Assembly (NCBI GenBank): GCA_044229845.1
Contig: JBGASG010000001.1
Location: 928,001-992,000, forward strand
Origin: Candidatus Obscuribacteraceae bacterium
GTDB taxonomy: Bacteria > Cyanobacteriota > Vampirovibrionia > Obscuribacterales > Obscuribacteraceae
DNA length: 64,000 nucleotides
Direction of reading: 5' to 3'
Each line of letters begins with the position of its first letter. The stretch's first letter is position 1. Under the pieces are notes generated by a model, which was not told the DNA's origin, searched no databases, and worked only from the letters and a program-made list of their open reading frames with translations. Positions 19,840 through 27,704 of this stretch are shown here, in pieces. The position numbers were made by a program, and so were the translations under genes.

Positions 19840-20865
19840 TCAAGCAAGTGCGCTTTCGGCGAACTCGATATGACCGGCTCCCGCATCCAGGCGGCAATTG
19901 ATATTGAGTGGGACGACTGATGTGTTCTTCGTTTGTCCGAAGGGCATGCCGAAGCAGGAGGGCTTGTCGAGTTTCTTCAAGCGGTCGCCGAATGTGTCAT
20001 CGACTGAGAGCATGTTGACCGAGCCTTTGCGGTCGCAGTTTTCGAAGGCACCGAGTGTGACACCACTGGCTACCTGCAGATAGCCTCCGATGTACAGCGT
20101 CGTGAACCAGCGATCGAGAATGCCGAACTGTTCGTTTCTGTCTTCGAGAAACAACACCGCGCCTTGCATATTGGGCTGGAAGGGCGTTCCCAGAAGCGAG
20201 ACGAACGCGGTCAGGTTTCCTCCCAGAAGATGTCCTTCCACCTCGTGCGCCACCGGACTGTATGCTGTCCAGCGCATGTCGTCGCCCTGCTGATTGTCGT
20301 TGATGTCGATTGGCTTCGGAGTTCCCTTGCCGGTCAACATGTTTTTCAATCGGTCGAAGGTGAGACGCGAATTCACCTGGTCCAGGTTTGGTGCGTGGAA
20401 GGTGACCAGCCCGGTAAGGGCGGTGATGGCGTTGAGCAGCGAGGTATTGTCGTCGCAGCCGGCGATGATTTTGGGAGATCTCGACAAGCCTTCGTAATCC
20501 AGATCATTCAAAAGATGCAACGCACCGAAACCACCCGTGGTGCAGAAAATCGCTTTGACACTTTTGTCTTTGACGAAACCGTTGAAGTCGGCGAGGCGCT
20601 CCTCGTCGGTTCCGGCCATGAAGCCGTGCGTGTTCATGGCGCTGGCGCCGACCACGGGAATCATGCCGAGCTGCTCAATCACCTGGATGCAGCGATGCAG
20701 GACCGAGGGATTCTCAGGACGGCTGCCTGGAGAAACCAGCGCTACGCGGTCGCCTTCTTTTAGAGGCGCGGCTTTCAGCGCGGGAAGAGGTTTCGTGCTG
20801 TTGCTTTCGGCTGCACCATTGTTGTTAGCAGATTTTGCTTTTGACTTCGATGACTTCAGTGGCAT
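19840..20865 (-). CDS. S66 LD-carboxypeptidase homolog lacking the catalytic Ser and His
   Basis: DEERLADF, GGFG, GGNL and FLED motifs present, but GCDD replaces GYSD and FGQ replaces FGH. Confidence 0.85.
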   Translation of the reverse strand: MPLKSSKSKAKSANNNGAAESNSTKPLPALKAAPLKEGDRVALVSPGSRPENPSVLHRCIQVIEQLGMIPVVGASAMNTHGFMAGTDEERLADFNGFVKDKSVKAIFCTTGGFGALHLLNDLDYEGLSRSPKIIAGCDDNTSLLNAITALTGLVTFHAPNLDQVNSRLTFDRLKNMLTGKGTPKPIDINDNQQGDDMRWTAYSPVAHEVEGHLLGGNLTAFVSLLGTPFQPNMQGAVLFLEDRNEQFGILDRWFTTLYIGGYLQVASGVTLGAFENCDRKGSVNMLSVDDTFGDRLKKLDKPSCFGMPFGQTKNTSVVPLNINCRLDAGAGHIEFAESALA

Positions 20866-21947
20866 GCCGACTCCTCGATGCGGAATCGTACTTTGCCGCG
20901 CGATGCTTCCAGCACCGCGGACACGCCGTAGGGAACGGTGAATTGATCTTTGCCGTGACCGAAGCGCAGCCCGTAGACAACGGGAATGCCGAGGTTGCCC
21001 AGGCGTTCGTGCAGCACTCGTTCGACGCTGTGATTGAGATGCAGCACGTTGCGGTGGCTGTCGCCTGGTTTGCACGAAACACACTCCGCAATCAAAATCC
21101 CGGCTGCTTGCTGCAACTTACCGGCGAGCAAAAGCTGGCTGAGGATGCGGTCGATGGCGTGCGGTTCTTCTTCCAGATCTTCGAGAAACAGCAGCTTGTC
21201 TTTTGTGTCGAGCGCGTAGGGTGTTCCTTCTAATTGACGCACCAGGGTCAGGCAGCCGCCGGTCAATCTGCCGCGCGCTTTGCCCTCGGCGATGATCAGT
21301 CGTGGTGGCGGATAAACCGGGCTCCAGACCTCATTCGGCACGGGGTCGGCAATCAGACCGATTGCGCGTGTCGACATCACTGCCTTCGTGAAGTAGTGAT
21401 ATGAGTAACTCGATTTGAAAAACGACGCCGCCATCGGTCCGTAAAATGTGACCAGTCCGGTGCGCTGGTGAATCGGCACATGCAGCGCCGTGATGTCGCT
21501 GTAGCCGACGAAGAGTTTCGGCTTTGATTTGATTAATTCAAAGTCAAGGAGCGGCAGGATGCGGGCGGCTCCATTGCCGCCCCGCAGTGGAACCACCGCG
21601 TCCACGTCCGGATCAGACCAGATTGTGTGGAAGTCTTCGGCGCGCGCCTCGTCTTGACCCGCGTAGTCGCTGTACGTCTTGAAGACGTGCTTGCCGATTT
21701 TGTACTTAAGACCAATCTTCGTCAGCCACTGGAAGGCGAACTCGATTTCGCCTTCTTCGAACATGGGGCTGGACGGGGCGATGATGCCGATTGTGTCGCC
21801 CTTACGCAGTGCCCGCGGCTTCACAAGCGGTGAGGGAGCAGGCGCACGCGACGGGCGCCTGTTTCTTCCGTCGTCATTCTCGCTGACAACCGCCGCCGGG
21901 TCCGTGGGGCTGGTCGCTGCCGTCTTACTAGTAGATTGGTCGCTCAT
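20856..21947 (-). CDS. ldcA: LD-carboxypeptidase (peptidase S66, LdcA/MccF family)
   Basis: RGGNG, GYSDIT (Ser), FLED (Glu) and FGHG (His): triad intact. Start placed at ATG 21947. Confidence 0.88.
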   Translation of the reverse strand: MSDQSTSKTAATSPTDPAAVVSENDDGRNRRPSRAPAPSPLVKPRALRKGDTIGIIAPSSPMFEEGEIEFAFQWLTKIGLKYKIGKHVFKTYSDYAGQDEARAEDFHTIWSDPDVDAVVPLRGGNGAARILPLLDFELIKSKPKLFVGYSDITALHVPIHQRTGLVTFYGPMAASFFKSSYSYHYFTKAVMSTRAIGLIADPVPNEVWSPVYPPPRLIIAEGKARGRLTGGCLTLVRQLEGTPYALDTKDKLLFLEDLEEEPHAIDRILSQLLLAGKLQQAAGILIAECVSCKPGDSHRNVLHLNHSVERVLHERLGNLGIPVVYGLRFGHGKDQFTVPYGVSAVLEASRGKVRFRIEESACH

Positions 21948-22044
21948 CTGTGCTCTAGTTTTACTGCATCGCGCCGGGAAGCGCCACTGAGGCGCCGCGA
22001 CTGCTATATTTATTACCCACACTTTATATGGATAGGACCGCAAG

Positions 22045-23277
22045 ATGTTGCGCACAGAGCCACAGCCACTGGAAACTGCTCCTGACGGGTTCTTTTCCGA
22101 GACGCAGTTAAGTTGGCTGCACAAGGCGCGCCAGTTCGCCGCCAAGATTCCAATTGAGGATGTGATTCGCAGCGACCGTGAAAACACTTTCCGGCGCGAC
22201 CTCTTCGAAGCGGCTTGCCGAGAAGGTTTCGGCGGATTGCCTTTTTCTAAGGAGTACGGTGGCACCGGTGGTGACTACGTCAGCTTCGCTTTGATCAACG
22301 AGGAGTTCGCGCGGCGGTGCGTTCCGATTATGTCGTCGCTGGGTGTGCATATACTCTGTCAGGAACCTATATATAGATACGGAACGCCTGAGCAAAAAGA
22401 GAAGTATCTCAGACCGTCGGCGACGGGAGAGTACCTGGCGGCATTCGGGCTCACCGAGCCGGGCGCCGGCTCCGACACGGCGGCGCTGGCGACGACCGCC
22501 AGGCTGGAAGGCGACACGTACATACTGAATGGCACCAAGACCTTTATCACCAGCGGTGGTGCGGCAGATTACTACATTGTCATGGCGAAACTGAATGACG
22601 CCGCCGGCGCGCTCAACGCGCCCGCCAAGTCCGATCGGACGATCACCGCCTTCATTGTGGAACGCGGCTTTCCGGGTTTTGAAATCGGACAAAAGTTCGA
22701 GATGCTCGGTATGCGTGGTTATGCCACATGTGAGCTGGTGTTCAGCAACTGCCAGGTGCCGGCCGCCAACTTGTTGGGCGCGCACGGAGAGGGACGGAAA
22801 GTGGCTCTCGGCAGTCTGGCCAAAGGACGCGTCACGATTGCCGCGCAGGCGACGGGATGGGCGCAGGGCGCACTGGACGCGGGCATCAAGTATTTGCGCG
22901 AGCGGCGCACCGGCAAATCAGGCGACGGCAATGGCGCATCCGCGCATGGCGAGGAAGACAACAATAGATTGAATGCCGTTGCCGCGGCGCTTGGTGAGCT
23001 GCATGTAATGGTGGAGTCGGCGCGCGTCCTCATGTACCAGGCGGCAGCCGCGATTGATCGAGGCGAAGGCGACGTGACACTGGCGGCGATGGCAAAAACG
23101 CAAGCCACGGATGCCGCCATGCGGGCATCGACCGAGATTATGACTTTGCTTGGTTCTGACGCGGCGCGCCCGGAGCTGCTTCTGGAGCGCATCTTCCGCG
23201 ACGCCAAAGCCGGGCAGATCTATGAGGGAACTAATCAAATTCAGCGCATGCTGATCGCGCGCTCGTTGATGAAGTAG
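22045..23277 (+). CDS. Acyl-CoA dehydrogenase
   Basis: AFGLTEPGAGSD, NGTKTFIT and RDAK..QIYEGTNQIQR motifs. Confidence 0.93.
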   Translation: MLRTEPQPLETAPDGFFSETQLSWLHKARQFAAKIPIEDVIRSDRENTFRRDLFEAACREGFGGLPFSKEYGGTGGDYVSFALINEEFARRCVPIMSSLGVHILCQEPIYRYGTPEQKEKYLRPSATGEYLAAFGLTEPGAGSDTAALATTARLEGDTYILNGTKTFITSGGAADYYIVMAKLNDAAGALNAPAKSDRTITAFIVERGFPGFEIGQKFEMLGMRGYATCELVFSNCQVPAANLLGAHGEGRKVALGSLAKGRVTIAAQATGWAQGALDAGIKYLRERRTGKSGDGNGASAHGEEDNNRLNAVAAALGELHVMVESARVLMYQAAAAIDRGEGDVTLAAMAKTQATDAAMRASTEIMTLLGSDAARPELLLERIFRDAKAGQIYEGTNQIQRMLIARSLMK

Positions 23278-23282
23278 AGATC

Positions 23283-23846
23283 ATGGAAACGATACTGTTA
23301 GTCATGCGTATGGGACTGCTGCCTCTTTTAGTGGCGGCGGCAGCCGGTGCGGGTTGCTACAACGTCAACCGCCTGGTGATTTTGACCAGCGGCGCCCGCA
23401 GTTTCCTCATGGTTGCCATCGTTGCGGTCTCGGCACCGATGGTGGTGGCGCCGTTTTTCTTCGAGCCTGTGCCGCTCTCCAAACTGGTACTTGCTTATTT
23501 CATGTTTTTTGCCTGTATCCTTTGCTGGGCGGTGCTGGCGATTTCGCGCCACGGGCAGGAGGCCTTGCTGCAGATCGAAGAGGAGTGCTCTGAGCTGCGT
23601 GATGTTTCGATATTGGGCGCGACGCAGACACGCGCGCAGCTGGCGGACATCTCCGAGCGGCTGCGCCGGCAAGCGGAGCCGCCCAACGAGCGCGAAGCCA
23701 CAGCCCTAGTTTTGAAACATCTGAGTCCGATCGTCATGCTGTTTTTCGCCAAAGAGAAATCGATGCTCAAGTGGGGCATGGGCGCGTTTCAGCTGGCGCG
23801 TTCGTTCGCGAAATATCTGAACGCCAAGAAGAAAAATGAGGCGTAG
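23283..23846 (+). CDS. Hypothetical membrane protein
   Basis: Three N-terminal hydrophobic helices; co-oriented in the operon. Confidence 0.7.
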   Translation: METILLVMRMGLLPLLVAAAAGAGCYNVNRLVILTSGARSFLMVAIVAVSAPMVVAPFFFEPVPLSKLVLAYFMFFACILCWAVLAISRHGQEALLQIEEECSELRDVSILGATQTRAQLADISERLRRQAEPPNEREATALVLKHLSPIVMLFFAKEKSMLKWGMGAFQLARSFAKYLNAKKKNEA

Positions 23847-23911
23847 ATCATGCGTTGCAGGCATGATTCTTAGAGAATGTTTCAGTTGGAGCGCCCCACG
23901 AGTAGCGTGAG

Positions 23912-24883
23912 ATGGTGTCCGGAACTGCGTTCGATTTTCCAAGTTATGTGCAAGACAAGCGTTCCCAGCTGGAAGCGTGTCTGGCGGAATATCTGAGCGG
24001 CGACGAACCGCCGGCGCTCTGGGAGTCGATGCGTTATTCGGTGCTCGAAGGCGGCAAGCGCATTCGCGGCATGTTGTGTTTTGCGGCTGCGGAAGCGGTC
24101 GCCGGTGAACCGGCAGCTGCAGGCGGCACCGCATCAGTATCGGTCGCCGAGATTGTGATGCCGTGCGCCTGTGCCATCGAGATGGTGCATGCGATGAGCC
24201 TCATCCATGATGATCTGCCGGTAATGGACAACGATGATTTCCGGCGCGGGCGTCCGACCAATCATAAGGTTTACGGCGAAGCCCTGGCGCTCTTAGCCGG
24301 GGATGCGTTGCTCGTGCGCGCTACCGAAGTATTGGCGCGCCATACACCACCTGTGGTGGATCGCCAGGCGCTCATCGATGTGATTGCCGAATTCGCTCGC
24401 GTGTCGGGAGCGTGGGGGCTGGTGGGCGGGCAGGTCGACGACCTGGCATTCAGCGGGCAGCTGGCGCAGCAGCTGGCTGAACAGATCGGTGTCGATGAGA
24501 AAACGCTGCGCTCGATTCACCAGCGCAAGACCGGTGCATTGCTGAGTTTTTGTTCATGGTCGGGAGCTTATTTGGTCGGGGCGCGCGGCGATCTGGCAGA
24601 AGCTTTCAAACAATTCGGCGAATTGCTGGGATTGGCATTTCAAATTACGGATGACTTGCTGGATGTGACGGGCGACATAAAGACGCTCGGCAAGACGCCA
24701 GGCAAGGACGAGGCGGCACAGAAAACAACGTGGGTGCGTATGTTCGGCATCGAGCGGTCGCGCCAGCACGTGGTGGAGTTGCGTGAGCAACTAGAAGAAT
24801 TGTTGAATCAAACCGGCATCGCCAGCGGCAGACGCGCAGCGCTCAAGGCAATAGTGGACTATGCAGTAACCAGGCAAAACTGA
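23912..24883 (+). CDS. Polyprenyl diphosphate synthase (IspA/CrtE type)
   Basis: GGKRIR, SLIHDDLPVMDNDDFRRG, FQITDDLLD and LGKTPGKD motifs. Confidence 0.95.
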   Translation: MVSGTAFDFPSYVQDKRSQLEACLAEYLSGDEPPALWESMRYSVLEGGKRIRGMLCFAAAEAVAGEPAAAGGTASVSVAEIVMPCACAIEMVHAMSLIHDDLPVMDNDDFRRGRPTNHKVYGEALALLAGDALLVRATEVLARHTPPVVDRQALIDVIAEFARVSGAWGLVGGQVDDLAFSGQLAQQLAEQIGVDEKTLRSIHQRKTGALLSFCSWSGAYLVGARGDLAEAFKQFGELLGLAFQITDDLLDVTGDIKTLGKTPGKDEAAQKTTWVRMFGIERSRQHVVELREQLEELLNQTGIASGRRAALKAIVDYAVTRQN

Positions 24884-25407
24884 TGGACGTTATCAATTCA
24901 CTTATTTCCAACATCACGGTCGCGCAGACCGGCAGCAGTGCCCAGAGCCTCTGGCAGGGGCGCGGCTGGCAGGTGGTGGCAGCGTTCTTCCTGTGCAGTT
25001 TTCTGGCGCAAACCACCAAGATAGTCATGAAACTCATTCGTACCGGACACTTCGATTGGCGCATGCTGTCTAAGACTGGCGGCATGCCGTCCAGTCACAG
25101 TTGCTCGACCATGGGCATGGCGGCAACGGTTGGATTGATTGAAGGATTCAATACATCCATCTTCGGAGTGGCTCTGTGTCTGGCTTTCGTGGTTATGTAC
25201 GACGCGGCTGGAGTGCGTCGCAGCGTCGGGTTGCAGGCGAAAGTTTTGAACCAAATGATGGAAGAACTGTTCTCCGAGCACCACCAGATATCTTCACAAC
25301 GCATTAAAGAATTCTTGGGGCACACCCCTTTGGAAGTGTTGGTGGGTGCGGCACTCGGATGGGCGATCGCGTTCGGGTTCAACTGGTGTGCGTTACGGGT
25401 TTCTTAA
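24883..25407 (+). CDS. Divergent PAP2 family protein (DUF212)
   Basis: TGGMPSSHS, VMYDAAGVRR and GHTPLEV motifs; usual position after ispA/crtE. Confidence 0.92.
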   Translation: MDVINSLISNITVAQTGSSAQSLWQGRGWQVVAAFFLCSFLAQTTKIVMKLIRTGHFDWRMLSKTGGMPSSHSCSTMGMAATVGLIEGFNTSIFGVALCLAFVVMYDAAGVRRSVGLQAKVLNQMMEELFSEHHQISSQRIKEFLGHTPLEVLVGAALGWAIAFGFNWCALRVS

Positions 25408-25751
25408 CCGCAGTAAATAATTGGGCTTATGCCCTTGGAAACGTAGCCAAATAATACGAAAGTAATACTTGAATACTGCCTTTTATTGCGGAACTCCATT
25501 ATAATCAAGACCTTGAAAAGGGTTGTCAGGGCGGGGACTCGAAGTTCTCGCTTTCAGTGAGGAAATTACGAGTACATATAGACTGCACTCACAACCCATA
25601 TGCAGAATGCATCTGCAAATACCGAATACCAAAAAAAGTTAGCACTCACTTATCAACATTCACTCGGTACAGTTCAAAACAGAAAAAGGAGGAAGGCGGA
25701 TAAATTTGACGAGGGCACCTGAGCTCCGGACAAAAGTCTGCCGAAAACTAG

Positions 25752-26318
25752 ATGAATACGACGGTCACAACAAACCCCATCACTGCTAAGACGACATCGC
25801 CGCGTCGCTCTCGTTTTCCTGGGAAGGAATCGGGTTCAGTGTCTTTCAATTTGACGGCTCTCGGCCGCCAACTCTTGAAGGAACAAGCGGCAGCCGCCAG
25901 CGTGTCCAATGGTGACTACGTTGAAATGCTCATTCGTGAGCGTGCTGGTCAACCACCACTGAGACTGCCTGCATCCGCCAAACAAACCGGCCCCAAAGGC
26001 GGCGCCAAATCGTTCTTCTTCGGTAAGAACCGTGGCACCACCACCGCAGTATGCGTAACTCCGTTGGCTCACAGACTGCTCGACGAGCAAGTCGCTGCTT
26101 CGCGCATGAGCCGTGGCGATTACATAGAATACCTGCTGCGTGAAAAAGCCGGCTTGATCGATGAAGCTTTGAGAGCCGCTGTCGCAGCTGCTTCCGCTGT
26201 ACCGATTGCTCAATCGGCTCCAGCTCCGCAGCCTGTGATTGCCCAGCCGGAACAAGTCGAACAGACTTTCCAGCCGCCAACACCAGCAGTCACCACTGAC
26301 TGGTCCTTCAATAGCTAA
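25752..26318 (+). CDS. Protein with two tandem ribbon-helix-helix-like repeats
   Basis: Internal duplication SVSFNLTALGRQLLKEQAAAASVSNGDYVEMLIRERAG / TAVCVTPLAHRLLDEQVAASRMSRGDYIEYLLREKAG, followed by a Pro/Gln tail. Confidence 0.7.
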   Translation: MNTTVTTNPITAKTTSPRRSRFPGKESGSVSFNLTALGRQLLKEQAAAASVSNGDYVEMLIRERAGQPPLRLPASAKQTGPKGGAKSFFFGKNRGTTTAVCVTPLAHRLLDEQVAASRMSRGDYIEYLLREKAGLIDEALRAAVAAASAVPIAQSAPAPQPVIAQPEQVEQTFQPPTPAVTTDWSFNS

Positions 26319-26364
26319 CTTTTTGAACAGAACTAACTAAGAGTTCCTCCTTCTTAAGCTGTTC

Positions 26365-26395
26365 AAACCCCGGCCTGCCCGCCGGGGTTTTTTTT
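26365..26395 (+). terminator. Rho-independent terminator
   Basis: AAACCCCGGC-ctgccc-GCCGGGGTTT followed by a T run. Confidence 0.88.
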
Positions 26396-26401
26396 GCCCA
26401 A

Positions 26402-26535
26402 ATCCGCCGCCCCGCGTTTCTCCGCCCCGCATTTCCGCGCCGCCGCGCCCCGCGTTTCTTCGCCCCGCGTTTCTTCGCCGCCGCATTTCCGCGCCGCCGC
26501 GCCCCGCGTTTCTCGCCGCGTCTCCGCCCCCCGCG
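26402..26535. repeat. C-rich degenerate tandem repeat (CGCCCCGCGTTTC-like units)
   Basis: Several CGCCCCGCGTTTC(T) and CCGCATTTCCGCGCCGCCG units; strongly strand-skewed, with almost no A on the + strand. Confidence 0.85.
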
Positions 26536-26537
26536 TG

Positions 26538-26651
26538 TGGCCGCCATGGCGGTCACCAAAGTGCTGAATTGCCCGCCGCCGCGGCCAAACCACCTCTCCA
26601 TGGCCGCCGTGGCAAGCCAAATTCGAGCAATGCCGGCCGCCACGGCGGTCA
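26538..26651. repeat. Phased palindrome array 2 (4 units)
   Basis: Units at 26538 TGGCCGCCATGGCGGTCA, 26570 TGCCCGCCGCCGCGGCCA, 26601 TGGCCGCCGTGGCAAGCCA and 26634 CGGCCGCCACGGCGGTCA; first to last start = 96 bp. Confidence 0.88.
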
Positions 26652-26691
26652 CGAATTCTCCACGCGCATTTCGTGCTCACTACTTGTTGTG

Positions 26692-27483
26692 CTACTTATT
26701 AGGTGGTGCTAATTTTGCAACGAGTAGTCTAACTGGTTCGACGCAATAGACTGGGATTACAACGACCGCACGACCAGCCACTTCGCACAGAGCAGCGAAG
26801 GATTCTGTCAATGCTGACGTGCCACCCTTTTCCAACTCCTGCAGGTGGGTGCGGCTAACGCCAGCTTTCTCTGCCATTTTTCGCTGAGACAGTTTGACTT
26901 CGTTGCGCAGTCGCCGCAGGAAACCACCGAGTGGTGTTTCTTTTGTCAGTACCAAGATTCGTTCTGCAGGTGGATGCGCTTTCGCCTCAAGGCACTCCAG
27001 ACAATTCAGCTTGTGCTCCTCTTGTGTGTTCAACGCGATGGCGGGTTGGTCGAATCTTATCGTGTTGTTGGTCGATTTTCCGTTACTGAAAAAGTTGAGA
27101 CTTCCGGAGTAAGAGATCAGTCCATCGAAAACAGCGACCTTCACGTGAATGTCCTCGAGCATTGTGACGTGTGCTCCATATCCCCTCAAGAGGTTGATGA
27201 TTCCTTGTAGTTCGTTGAATTCTGTTTGCGTAACGGGGTCTAGCAAATCGCGGCGCACATACCAGTTATCCGGCTGGCGCACAAATATGCAGACCTGCAC
27301 ACCTCTGCGAATGCATTTCACTAGTTCGTACAGAAACACCTTGAGTGCTTGCAGACCGATATAGACAGTTTGAATCAGCACATAGTGTTTCGCAGCCCTC
27401 AGGTCGGCGAGAAAGGGTTCCCGGAAATTGTGGTGATGGTATTCAACGCCAGCTTCGGCTGGTCGTGGCAGTCGTTTTTCCAT
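26692..27483 (-). CDS. Single-HKD phospholipase D/nuclease-like domain fused to a C-terminal XRE HTH
   Basis: IHVKVAVFDGLISYSGSLNF (HxK-x4-D-x6-GSxN), then CLEC, then LRRLRNEVKLSQRKMAEKAGVSRTHLQELEKG. Confidence 0.82.
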   Translation of the reverse strand: MEKRLPRPAEAGVEYHHHNFREPFLADLRAAKHYVLIQTVYIGLQALKVFLYELVKCIRRGVQVCIFVRQPDNWYVRRDLLDPVTQTEFNELQGIINLLRGYGAHVTMLEDIHVKVAVFDGLISYSGSLNFFSNGKSTNNTIRFDQPAIALNTQEEHKLNCLECLEAKAHPPAERILVLTKETPLGGFLRRLRNEVKLSQRKMAEKAGVSRTHLQELEKGGTSALTESFAALCEVAGRAVVVIPVYCVEPVRLLVAKLAPPNK

Positions 27484-27704
27484 AAAGACACCTCGGCGGT
27501 GAAGGGGCGCGTAATTGATAAACGCTTCCGGAGCGGAAAAAGTTCAGCGCTTGATGTGTCAATTAATCCGCTTGGCTACTCGCCGTCTGGTCCCGTGCAC
27601 CGCCCGCCTGAATAAGGTTGCCGACGGCGAGGTATAGCCTAGATGGCGCTCTTGGTCGCTAGATGACGCTCCCGGTCGGTGTTACTAAACCTCCTCGATG
27701 ATGA

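Noticed and set aside
5068..25370. Cyanobacterial HIP1 (GCGATCGC) enrichment
   Set aside because: I spotted only a few copies by eye (5068, 14678, 25363; not an exhaustive count), close to chance for this GC content.
25639..25665. CIRCE (HrcA) element upstream of the RHH gene
   Set aside because: The left arm TTAGCACTC is present, but the sequence after 9 nt is CATTCACTC, not GAGTGCTAA.
26308..26749. Arg/Gly-rich ORFs across the repeat region
   Set aside because: They are translations of the tandem repeat and palindrome array and cross a terminator; no coding evidence.
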